This document shows, in pieces, positions 17,829 to 28,280 of a DNA stretch of 64,000 nt (the stretch's first letter is position 1; the number at the start of each line of letters is the position of its first letter). This stretch comes from a virus (Duplodnaviria > Caudoviricetes), in the IMG/VR virus record IMGVR_UViG_3300021256_000095, positions 1 to 64,000 of that record; one strand, written 5' to 3'. The notes below the pieces were generated by a model. The model had not been told where the DNA came from and did not search any database. It saw only the letters and a list, made by a program, of their open reading frames with translations. The translations under genes and the position numbers were made by a program.

Positions 17829-18476
17829 TTTTCTTTCCTTTACTTTTTTAAAAATATATATTATAATTAAAGTGAATAAATATAATAAATATAATATTAA
17901 ATATTTTATAAAAAATCAAATCATCTATTTTTGGGAAGCATATGATGCGGGCGCGCGTGCGAGAAGCAAAAAACAACTATCAAACTCCCCTGGACTCCCT
18001 TAAGGCGGCCGCTGCCGCCCTGAGCATTCAAACATTCAAATAACCAGTGCATAAAGCCATATGCGGGCGCTCGTCTAATGCAGCGGTGGACGAGGGTAAA
18101 GCAGGTTTATACAAGGTTAAGGAGGCGGAAACCGCAGGTTTACATAAGATTATTATGGTAAACTTAATAAAAATTAAAATTTTCTGTCAAATTATTAAAA
18201 AAATTAAGCGAAAAGTAGCATTTTTGGGAAAAAATAAGTAAAAAATTGAAAAAAATTTTCAAAATTAATTGACATTTGATGAATTTTATGGTAGAATTGG
18301 CGCTGGACCGGTGGTCCGCGCCCCGATTATACACTTTTTGGGTGTATTTGTCAAGTATTTTATTAAAAAAAGTGCATTTTTTTGCACTTTTTCTTTATCC
18401 GGGCGCAAAAACCGCGCCTTGTCAAGCAAAAAATGCGTCTTTCAGCGCATTTTTTGCTTTTTAGGGGGCAACCGCC

Positions 18477-18860
18477 CTACTTTTTAGGCGGGCGGTGTTT
18501 GGTCAGCTTAAAGGTGTACTCTGCACCCTCATAGCTAAAAGCTATTTCAGTTTCAGTTTTTACCGCCTTTATGTCTGCCCCGATTTCCTCTAAAAGGGTC
18601 TTTACATCAGCGAGCAACCGCCCCTTTACCTCGTCAACCTTGCGCACCTTTTCAGCCTTTTTTCTTGGCTTTGCGCTCTGTTCATAACGTCTTTCCCCTT
18701 TGACGTTCTGCGCCTTTTTGGTTTCCTCAGTTGGTTCAATCTTGCCCTCTTCTTCAAGGATAAGGTCGCAAGCTTCTGTGATACTGATTTCAAGGCTCTC
18801 AACGTACTTATCAATAAGTTCATCAGATACTTCAAAACCTTTGTATTTCATTTTTATCAC
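18477..18860 (-). CDS. hypothetical protein
   Basis: ORF with SD GAGGTG and its own promoter. Confidence 0.7.
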   Translation of the reverse strand: MIKMKYKGFEVSDELIDKYVESLEISITEACDLILEEEGKIEPTEETKKAQNVKGERRYEQSAKPRKKAEKVRKVDEVKGRLLADVKTLLEEIGADIKAVKTETEIAFSYEGAEYTFKLTKHRPPKK

Positions 18861-18925
18861 CTCTCTTGTTTTTCTTTATTATATCATAGGGGCTGGCGGT
18901 TTGTCAACCCCTATTTTATATTTTT

Positions 18926-19618
18926 TTAAGAAAAACATTCTTTCCTCATTGTTTTGTGTTTTGCAAAACAATATTTTAGAATTTCCTTCTCAATTAGTAC
19001 ATCTTCAAGTCCAGTGTGACTTTCAATAAAGTCAAGATTATTTGTGATATATTTATAAATAACCTCGGCTTTTACTTGCGGTCTTGGCGTCTTATGCTTT
19101 GTTAAAAATCCATTTTCAAAACAAAAATTAATATAACTTGGTGTTTTAGCAATTACGTCTTGCGCCATTTTCATAGTATCCCAAATCTCACAACCGCTTG
19201 GTAAAAAGTATCTAAATTTTGACTTTGTAAGCCACCTTTGCGTGTTATTTGTTGCACCATAGTCAAAACGCATATTGTGTGCGCAAACTGTTTTTGTATT
19301 ATACCTTTTCAGCGTTTCCGCAAGGTCTTTTTTAATTGAATACCATGTTGCAACTTTACGCTTACCGCTCTTTATATCCGCATAATATTGCGGTAATTTC
19401 TCCGCATAATAACTTGATTTCATTAATTCTTTTTCATCAAAGAATATATCTCTGTTTATATATGACTTTGTTTCATATACATTACCTTTTTTATCAACAA
19501 CCGCCCAACCTATGTCATATACAAACATATTATAAGGTGTAACTCCATTAAAATCTTTGTCAAGTGGGCAAGTTTCAGTGTCCATAACTACTATATAATG
19601 TTTTCTCTTGTCTATCAA
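18926..19618 (-). CDS. DEDDh 3'-5' exonuclease
   Basis: VMDTET (Exo I), AHNMRFD (Exo II), HTGLEDV (Exo III). Confidence 0.88.
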   Translation of the reverse strand: MIDKRKHYIVVMDTETCPLDKDFNGVTPYNMFVYDIGWAVVDKKGNVYETKSYINRDIFFDEKELMKSSYYAEKLPQYYADIKSGKRKVATWYSIKKDLAETLKRYNTKTVCAHNMRFDYGATNNTQRWLTKSKFRYFLPSGCEIWDTMKMAQDVIAKTPSYINFCFENGFLTKHKTPRPQVKAEVIYKYITNNLDFIESHTGLEDVLIEKEILKYCFAKHKTMRKECFS

Positions 19619-19664
19619 TTTTGTTTACCTCTTTTCTCTTGATGATGTAATCATTATAACATAT

Positions 19665-20126
19665 TTATGCTACGTTGTCAAGTATTTTTTCAAGCTCTGT
19701 TAAAATGTTTTCATTTGCGTTTACGGTTGCGCCCAAATTCCAACCTTTACGCACTTTTTCATTATCATCAAACAATATCTGAAAACCGCCCCTTTTTCTT
19801 GTGCAATTTGCTTTTGTAGTTCCATACTTCACGAGATGTATCTCGTCATATGGAAAACCATATTTTGCAAGCCATTTAAGTTTAGCCTGACGAACCATGT
19901 CATCATATGCTTTTGTACCACCTTTTGCGAGCCACGTTGTAACAACTACACGATAGCCATATGCCTTTAAACTATTGAGTATTTCAGCCATATAATTCAT
20001 ATCATAAAACGGCTTTGCTTCATCATATGGTCTTGTGTTTTCATTCCTTAAATCATTCAGCCAACCCTCTACACCATAAAGATCAGCGATTGTTCCGTCC
20101 ATATCAAATACAAGTGTTCTGTTCAT
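19665..20126 (-). CDS. HAD-family nucleotidase-like phosphatase
   Basis: VFDMDGTIAD, VVTTW and LFDDN motifs. Confidence 0.8.
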   Translation of the reverse strand: MNRTLVFDMDGTIADLYGVEGWLNDLRNENTRPYDEAKPFYDMNYMAEILNSLKAYGYRVVVTTWLAKGGTKAYDDMVRQAKLKWLAKYGFPYDEIHLVKYGTTKANCTRKRGGFQILFDDNEKVRKGWNLGATVNANENILTELEKILDNVA

Positions 20127-20471
20127 ATCTCTTACCTCTTTTCCTTTGTTTTCTTTATTATATCACTTGCGGTTGCTATTGTCAAGCACTTTTTTAATTA
20201 TTTTTTTATGCTTGCTTAGTGCGCTTACCGCTCCTTACATTATCTATTATAACAGATTGATTATAAAATGCAATATACAAAATGCACAAAGTTTCAGGAG
20301 AAAATTTGTGCAAAATTTTTTAAAATTTTACTTGACAAAAAAGCTCGACGGGTGTATAATGGAAATTTGGCGCGAACTCGACTTCCTCCGGGCGAGTTCG
20401 CGCCAAGGAAAATAGCCATAGTTTTCACTATGACTATAAGGAAAGGAGGTTTCAATTTTCATCTCGTTGAG

Positions 20472-20550
20472 TGGAGCGAACGGGACTCGAACCCGTAGCA
20501 TAGGTAATAATTTGTCACCCACATGGTCTGTTCCAGTTAGTCATCGCCCC
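20472..20550 (-). ncRNA. tRNA-like RNA with an Ala-type acceptor (G3-U70, A73) and an atypical anticodon arm
   Basis: GGGGCGA/TCGCTCC-A acceptor; ACGGG-TTCGAGT-CCCGT T-arm; extended arm TGGGTGA-CAAATTA-TTACCTA. Confidence 0.75.
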
Positions 20551-20601
20551 TTATTTATTTATGACCCCCTACCCCATTGGATAGGGGGAGTAACCTTTGT
20601 A

Positions 20602-20928
20602 CTACTCGGCAATCACGAACCTTGTAGGGTTCTTGCCCTTAGCTTCTATCTTTGTAACTGTCTTATCAGCTACAAGTGGACGCATAAGCGCAGAAGCTTT
20701 CTGGCAAGAGATACCAATCTCTGTACCAATTTCAGTAGCCGTTCTTGCGTGACCATCTGCAAGTATTGCAAGAATATCAGCCTTGATACCCTCATTAGCT
20801 ACCTGAACCTTAGTTGGCTTTGAGGACTTTCTATCAAGAGAAGCAATCATCTTCTCAGCGACCTCTCTCATTTCATCTGTGCAACCCTCAAGTTCCATTG
20901 TCTTTGTAAGAAATTCTCTCTTTGTCAT
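20602..20928 (-). CDS. coiled-coil + winged-helix protein, paralog 3
   Basis: MTKREF...LDRKSSKPTK.Q..NEGIKA...TA.EI...KGKNP....IAE. Confidence 0.8.
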   Translation of the reverse strand: MTKREFLTKTMELEGCTDEMREVAEKMIASLDRKSSKPTKVQVANEGIKADILAILADGHARTATEIGTEIGISCQKASALMRPLVADKTVTKIEAKGKNPTRFVIAE

Positions 20929-21870
20929 AATACATCTACCTCTTTCTTTTTTAATATTTTTTATTTGTTATCTTATGTACTTATTATAACTCTTTTTTAT
21001 TTAGTTGTCAAGTATTTTTTTTATTTTTTTGAGATTGTTTGTAATGGGTTTTCTCTATTAACCGCCTTGCAAGGTTTAAATTTCAGTCAGAGGAGTTTTC
21101 CGCACTCACTATTTAAACGCTCTCTTTATCTTTTGTAAGTTCATTATATCATAATGGAAAAGGATTGTCAAGACCTTTTTTCAAATTTTTTTCAACCTTG
21201 TGTGTACCTTGACTTCCTTACGCACTTGACAGGGTTTTGTTGCAAGTTTTACCAGCCTTTTCCTATTTGATAATTAAATTATAACAAAATTTTTTAGTAT
21301 TTGCAAGTACAAGATTTTTAGGAAATTTTGTGCATTTTGCACAATAAAAAAAGCTTGACAAAAATGGCGCGGCGGGTGTATAATATTAATTTGGCGCTCA
21401 CTCGGGGTTCGCGCCCGGTCGCCAAAAAAGAGGACTTTAATAGTCCTCTTCTACAAAATCTTTTACTTCTATTTTATCTATAATCCCTTCAACAGCAAGC
21501 CACCTTGCAAATTCTAACACTTCGGGTTCATCTGTAATCCAGTTTATTTCTTTATCAGCATACTGTTTTAAACGTAAATCTTTAATAGTTACAATTTTAG
21601 TATCCATTTGTTATACCTCTCTTTCGTTTTCCTTTATTGTATCATAGGGTTGATTATTTGTCAACTATTTTTATGAATAAAATTCATTAATTTTTCTTTT
21701 GATTTAACCATTTCATTTATTATACATTGAGGGGTTTGTTCTTGTATGCATTGTGCAATATAGTCATTTAGCATAGTAATAATTATTAGTTCATCTATTG
21801 TATTAAAATCATCTTCCATTTTATTATATTTTTCTCCTTTTCTTTATTATACTACATTTGCGGTTGTTTG

Positions 21871-22128
21871 TCAACCGCAATATAGTAAAATTATAAAATA
21901 AATATTCAGTGCTACACTTGATAAGTGCATTACAAGCCCATTTATGTGGCGGTCAACCGCAAGGTCTTTTATAACACCGATAAACGCAATCGCAAGTCCG
22001 AACCATGCAATAGACAATCCATAAATCATAATGAGAATTACATTGATTACAGTTATTAAGCACCGCAAGTCATTGTATTCAAATCTGTATCTTCCTTCGA
22101 TTTTAAAAAACTCTTTTACTTTTGTCAT
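21871..22128 (-). CDS. small membrane protein
   Basis: Multiple hydrophobic segments. Confidence 0.65.
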   Translation of the reverse strand: MTKVKEFFKIEGRYRFEYNDLRCLITVINVILIMIYGLSIAWFGLAIAFIGVIKDLAVDRHINGLVMHLSSVALNIYFIILLYCG

Positions 22129-23669
22129 AGGCTTTTCCTCTCTTTCTATTTGATACTTATTAAACGTAAATAGTTGTCTTTTGCTCTTTGTTTGCTTAAC
22201 TGTCTTGTGTTTTTAGGTAAATGCTTTCTTTTTCTTTCGTTATTATTAAAACTGTTATAATACTTTATTAAAAACATTTTCCTTAATTTATGTATTTTCA
22301 TTTTTGAACTCATTTTTATTTCCTCTCTTTCGTTTTTCTTTATTATATCACAGGGTTGACTAATTGTCAACCCTAAACATTTTTTACTACAAGGACAGTT
22401 TCCTGAAGTCCGTCATTACTTGCAATATACATTTCAAATTGAGTATCCCATACTCTACCGAGTTTGATGAATGTAACCTGTGGGCTATTATCCATCATAT
22501 CAAAGAAGAGTTTTGCGCTCATGAATGTGTTGTTATTTGCTTTAAGCCAATTCTTAATTTCCCATGTGTACATACGCTTTACCTCTCTTTCTTCTTTTCT
22601 TGAATTAAGTATATCAAAAAAAGAAGTAAAAATCAAGCCGGAATTTTGCACAAATTTTTAGGATAAAATTTGTGCAAAATTTTTTAAAATTTTGCTTGAC
22701 AAAAATCTTGAGCCGTGGTATAATTGAATTTTGGCACAACAGCGCGCGCTGTTGTGCCATGAAAAAAGTCGGTTAAGGAAACTTAACCGACCAACCGCAT
22801 CAACTATTATTTTATTCTTCCCAATGTTTTATAAGTTCTAAAGAGCCGTCCTTTTGTATTTCATAATGTTCATATCCAAATTTTTTATACTTGACTGGAA
22901 TTTTATTACACACAAGAATAGGTTCTCTATCTACTTCACATTCCCACGGGTCACTAAGTGGTGTACATTTTACAATTAAATATTTCATTTTATTTACCTC
23001 TCTTCCTTTTGATAAATCTATTATACTATAATTTCACTTTTGTGTCAAGTGCTTTTCTATAAAAATTATCTAATTCTACAAAAGTCATAGCGCCATTCAA
23101 ATAACCTTTTACCATAATTCTAAAATACATAGATATTTTATGATCTTTACCAAATCTATTTTCTATCTCTTGCGTCATCCATTTAGTTAAACGTACTCTT
23201 GAATTTTCCATTTTTACTACCCCTTTCTTTTGATAAACAATCTCTCATAGTTTGTTTCATTTCTTTATATTTTTTTAAGTAGTAATGTTTATTCATACGT
23301 TCTTTACTTAATTTATAATATACTTTTGCACTCTTATAATAAACGTAAAACATTAGATATTTATTTGTCATTTTTATTACCCCTTTCCTTTTTCTTTATT
23401 ATAACAAATTTTTATTTTCTTGTCAACTATTTTTGCAATAACTACAGTCAATATTTTATTAACTTTTAAAGCAAAGTTAGAGGAAACGAACAAATTTCCG
23501 CCGGCTTAAAAAATTGTTGACAAAAACTTGTAAGTGTAGTATAATTAAGAAAGCGGCTCTGTTGCGGAAGGGACGCCCGCAACAGAGCCGACAAAAAGTT
23601 GAGCCAAAGGCGGTAAACCTTTGGCTCATTTAGGAAAGGAGGATTTTATATCAAACCTTATCTGTATTA

Positions 23670-23742
23670 GTAGGGTAAAGCGGAATCGAACCGCTTATCA
23701 GCTCGCAACTTCTTGGAGATTTTACCTTTAAACTATACCCTA
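23670..23742 (-). ncRNA. tRNA-like RNA (Trp-like D arm) without a canonical anticodon arm
   Basis: TAGGGTA/TACCCTA acceptor; AAGCGG-TTCGATT-CCGCTT T-arm; middle segment CTCCAAGAAGTTGCGAG. Confidence 0.7.
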
Positions 23743-23784
23743 ACCCCCACCCCAACCTTGCGGAGTGGGGGAGTAACTCACAGA

Positions 23785-24099
23785 TTACTCTGCGATGTGG
23801 TAGGTTGCAGGGTTCTTGCCCTTACCCTCTACCTTTACGACACTCTCAATCTGCTTGAGGAGTGCGGCTACCTTTGCGGTTGAGTAACCAACCTCGTCAG
23901 CGATTTCCCTTGCGGTCATCGGCTCTGCGCCCATAACCTCAACAATTTTCGCCTTGATACCCTCGTTCTCAATCTGCGCCTTTGTCGGCTTTGAGGACTT
24001 TCTATCAAGACTTGCAATAGCCTTTGCCATTACCTCTCTCTCTTCTGAATCCTCTGCAAACATTTCCATAGCCTTTGTGAAAACTTCTCTCTTTGTCAT
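23785..24099 (-). CDS. coiled-coil + winged-helix protein, paralog 4
   Basis: Close protein and nucleotide similarity to the ORF at 20602. Confidence 0.8.
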   Translation of the reverse strand: MTKREVFTKAMEMFAEDSEEREVMAKAIASLDRKSSKPTKAQIENEGIKAKIVEVMGAEPMTAREIADEVGYSTAKVAALLKQIESVVKVEGKGKNPATYHIAE

Positions 24100-24896
24100 A
24101 GTACATCTACCTCTTTCTTTTTATTTTTTATTTTGTAAGTTAATTATAACAAATCTTTTTTATTTTGTCAATAGTTTTTTTATTTTTTTTCGGTTGCGCA
24201 ACCTTTCGTTTCGGTTTTGTTTTCGTATAACCTGTGGAAGAATATCCTACCCTGAAGTGCGCCAGTCTGCCATTTTTTTAGTTTCGTATTGAACTCAGAG
24301 TGAACACTGGACTGCTCTAAAGTCAACCAATCTCACGAGTTTGGTAGCCGATGTATGACACAAAACCATACATTGAAGAGTTTTTATGACTTTGCTTTGT
24401 CATTTTCTATATTTATTATATCATAGATTTTCTAATCTGTCAAGCATTTTTTTAAAATCTTTTTTGATTTTATTTCTTGAGGGGTGTTTAGCATCTTTAT
24501 GCACCCTCGTACCTGTATTCATATTGTACCATACTCTTTGACTTTTGTCAAGTAGTTTTTTCTTATTTTTTTCAACCATTTTTTTATCCTCTTTCCATTT
24601 GGTATTTATATTATAACAAATTTTTATTTATTTGTCAACTATTTTTTTATTTATTCTGTGCTTTTTCGGTTTAGCACAGAGAACCGTGGGAGGTTCTTGC
24701 CTCACTTTCTGATATAATTATAGCAAAATTTTATTTGTATGTCAAGCACAAATTTTGGGAAAAATTTTGGTTATTTTGCACAAAAATTTTTACTTGACAA
24801 AAACTTGGCGGTATGGTATAATGGTAAATTTGGCGCTCGCACGGGGAAGGGCACCCGCGCTCGCGCCATCAAAAAATGAGGGCGGATATCCGCCCT

Positions 24897-25097
24897 CTAC
24901 TCTCCAAAAATCTTATCCTGACAAGTAGGACACATACCTGAGACAATGCACTCTCTGTCTGTTGCGGACAGATAAGGGAAAGCATTCTGCACAAGTGCGC
25001 CACTCTCATATTTTTCAAGGTCAGTCAGATTAACTTCAACTGCCCAACTTTCATTACAAAATACACAATTTCCGATAAGATTAACTCTCACTCTCAT
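24897..25097 (-). CDS. small zinc-binding protein
   Basis: CVFC...CPTC. Confidence 0.65.
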   Translation of the reverse strand: MRVRVNLIGNCVFCNESWAVEVNLTDLEKYESGALVQNAFPYLSATDRECIVSGMCPTCQDKIFGE

Positions 25098-25167
25098 TCA
25101 CCTTTTCCTTTCTTTCTTTTGATACTCTTATTATATCAGAGGGGTTGAGGTTTGTCAACCCCTTTTT

Positions 25168-25494
25168 TCAAATTTTTTCAAGTATCTCGTCTGCGGTCAA
25201 CCAACCTACTACTTCACAAGAGGTTTCCCATTTTGATACTATAGTTCCTGCAATTTCAAGGAGACCACTTTTACAACCATAGCTTCCACCGTGGATTATA
25301 GCATCCCACCTATTATTTTTTTCATCACGGACTAATACCTGACGACCGTCATAAAGGTCACGTATAGTAATATTAAATCCACCCTTATTTATAAGACCAA
25401 CCACAAGCTTATTAAGTTCTTCATAATTATACATAATCATTACCTCTCTTTCATTTGTTGTATTAAGTATATCACATAAGAATAATATTGTCAA
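25168..25494 (-). CDS. hypothetical protein
   Basis: Real start probably MYNYE after SD GAGG. Confidence 0.6.
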   Translation of the reverse strand: MTILFLCDILNTTNEREVMIMYNYEELNKLVVGLINKGGFNITIRDLYDGRQVLVRDEKNNRWDAIIHGGSYGCKSGLLEIAGTIVSKWETSCEVVGWLTADEILEKI

Positions 25495-25793
25495 GCACTT
25501 TTTTGCGGGCGCCCGGTTAAGGTGGCGGAGGGGTCGAGTAAAGACCCCTTAACCGCCCAACCGCTACTTAACCTTAGCGAGTTCCCTTATTTTTGCCACC
25601 CTCTTTGGATTATACTTGTAATCATCTTTTACAATAGGGATAAGCTCTATCTTGTAAATTTTACCCTCAATATCTTTAAGAACATCAGTTCTCATATTTC
25701 CTGCTACATACGTTACTTTTCTCATACTCGTTTCCTCTCTTTCTTTATCTTTTGTAAGTTTATTATAACATATTTTATTCGGGGTGTCAAGTA

Positions 25794-26042
25794 TTAAATA
25801 TCATATTTTTTCCCAAATTCCATAGCAAATTTTGCAATTTCGTAACTATGAAAAGGAAGATTTATTCTACTTGCACATTCAAGAAGCCACGGAAAAACTT
25901 GGTCTATTTCATCACACCAGTTAGATTTTTTAAAGTCTGAAAAGAAGAATCTGCAATCAGGATGTTTGGTACTGCCGCCCCATACCTCAAAAATAGTTTC
26001 TCTCGTTTTAAGATTTGAATATAAAACACAATGTCCTATCAT
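25794..26042 (-). CDS. hypothetical protein
   Basis: SD GAGG and its own promoter. Confidence 0.6.
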   Translation of the reverse strand: MIGHCVLYSNLKTRETIFEVWGGSTKHPDCRFFFSDFKKSNWCDEIDQVFPWLLECASRINLPFHSYEIAKFAMEFGKKYDI

Positions 26043-26208
26043 ATTGTTTACCTCTCTTTCACTTTCTATTGTTATTATATCAGATTATAATAGGGGTGTC
26101 AAGTATTTTTTTTGAAAAAATGCCCGGTCAAAAAATGCGGACTTGCTTTTTAAACTATGCAAGTCCGCCAAAGGAAAGAAAGGCATATCAAATTATATCT
26201 ACTACGAA

Positions 26209-26281
<73 letters not shown>

Positions 26282-26479
26282 CTATTTATCACCATTTTGT
26301 GCGGTTTGGTGATTTTCTCTTGCGTTCCTCTCTGAGTTCGTCATACCAATCAATGAACCCAGCAATTCCGCAACCTATAACTACTATACAATTAACCATT
26401 CCAAGAATTATTATACTATTCATACCTTTTACCTCTCTTTCATTTTCTATATATATTATAGCAAAAAATTTTTATTTTG

Positions 26480-26665
26480 TCAACAATTATTTTTTGCACC
26501 ACAATTTTCACAATAATTTGGATATATACCTTGTGTTGACATCATTGACCTGCGGTAATTACAAAATGGACATTCAATTTGCCATGTATATGATTGACAA
26601 TCAATATCAATCCATTTCCCCTCTAATCTTGAGTTTTCAGTTTTATTAATTGTTATTCTTTCCAT
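26480..26665 (-). CDS. small zinc-ribbon protein
   Basis: CPFC...CENCGA. Confidence 0.65.
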   Translation of the reverse strand: MERITINKTENSRLEGKWIDIDCQSYTWQIECPFCNYRRSMMSTQGIYPNYCENCGAKNNC

Positions 26666-26818
26666 TCTTTTGTCCTCTCTTTCACTTTCTATATATATTA
26701 TAACATATAGGATTTAATTTGTCAACTATTTTTTTCAAATTTTTCAAACAAACAATCAAATAACCGATTGATTTCACACACGCGGATGTATCCGTCCCGC
26801 CCTCTATCAACTAACTTG

Positions 26819-27280
26819 CTAAGCCATAAGCTTAGCAAGTGTCTTTTCATTTGTAAAGGTTGCACCCTCAAACTTTATTTGATATGCAATTCCATTATCC
26901 TCTACGTCACCGCCCTTGGTGAATGGTACATTATCCTTTTCCCAAACCTGACCGAACATCTGTTCAGTTACAAGTTTTTCAAAAATCTCACCTTTATTAT
27001 ATTTTGAATTTGCAACCATGCTATCAAACAGCTCTTTTGAACATATAGCGGTTGCTTCATATGTCATCAGCATAGTTTTCTGTGACTTGTTAGGTTTAAA
27101 TCTGAGACTGAATCCTTGACCTCTTGAAGCTCTATCGAGTGAGCATACATAAGGCATAACTGAAGAATCAGTTATAACAGCCATAATGACACCATTAAAA
27201 GCAAATCCGAAGATATACTCATGGGTATAGCTGATTTCATTGTAGCGGTTGATTAAGTTGTTGAAAATTGTTGTATTCAT
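26819..27280 (-). CDS. restriction-endonuclease-fold (PD-(D/E)XK-like) protein
   Basis: NKGEIFEK...GDV....YQIK. Confidence 0.5.
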   Translation of the reverse strand: MNTTIFNNLINRYNEISYTHEYIFGFAFNGVIMAVITDSSVMPYVCSLDRASRGQGFSLRFKPNKSQKTMLMTYEATAICSKELFDSMVANSKYNKGEIFEKLVTEQMFGQVWEKDNVPFTKGGDVEDNGIAYQIKFEGATFTNEKTLAKLMA

Positions 27281-27533
27281 ATTGGTTTACCTCTCTTCCC
27301 TTACCTCTTGTATATATGATACTACTTTTGAAGCTGGATTGCAATAGTTTTTTAAAAAAATTTTGTACAAAGATTTAAGACTGTTTTTGTGCATTTTGCT
27401 ACAAATTGCACACAATTTATTTTGTGCAAAACAGAGAAATTTTGGGATCATTTTTGTGCATTTTTTTCAAAAAAAATGCTTGACAAAACATCTGGCGGCG
27501 TGGTATAATTAAATTTGGCGTTTTTACAAACGT

Positions 27534-27678
27534 GAACGTATGTTCATATGTACATATGAATATATACACATATGTGTATATACACATATGAATGACCGCT
27601 CATATGACAACGGTTCCGGGTGTGTCCTCGAACATCTGTTTGGCGCGCAACCGGTTGCGCAAAGTCGAACACCTGTTC
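27534..27678. promoter_or_regulatory. three Gram-positive LexA/SOS-box matches downstream of a consensus promoter
   Basis: GAAC-N4-GTTY at 27534, 27630 and 27667; a fourth at 33679. Confidence 0.65.
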
Positions 27679-28280
27679 AAACAAGTATAGCGGCTGGCTG
27701 GCGATTCGCACAGCCGCCAGCCAGCCGCCCAACGCAAAAAAGCCAGTTGTTCGGCTTTCGCTTACTGACTCTGGCTTTTTTGCTGTCGGTGGGAGGGAAC
27801 TTGCCGCCCGACCTGCTCGCACTCTCTGGCGCCCCTTGGTTCCCGAGCTTTGGCGCCCCTTTCGGTACTCTATTCAGCTATTTAATTCGGTGGTGCTCTC
27901 ATACTCCTTACCTCACTTTCTGAATTAAGTATAACATACTCGGTTCAGTTTGTCAACTATTTTTTTAAAATTTTTTTGAGTGACCGCCAAGTCCGAACCT
28001 CTTTCAGCTTCATCAGCTTACTCATCACTCTGAGGGCTTTGTCCCTACTTATTTCACTGCTGTTAGCAAGTGCCCCATGTGGGTTACACGGCTGAAGGCT
28101 CTGTCGTTAATTAAAGGTCTTACACCTCGACTTGTGAGGATTTCTCGCCTACCTTACTGCTTGGAGCGGGTTGTACGCCGTGGGTTTAGGTTTTTCCTTA
28201 CCTTATGTATTAAGTATAGCACTTAATTTTTAATTTGTCAACTACTTTTTTAATTTTTTTTGATTAGGTAAATGCTTCCT

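Noticed and set aside
28002-28016. Hammerhead ribozyme (CTGATGA...GAAA on the minus strand)
   Set aside because: Only AGCT lies between the motifs, leaving no room for stem II; stems I and III were not found.
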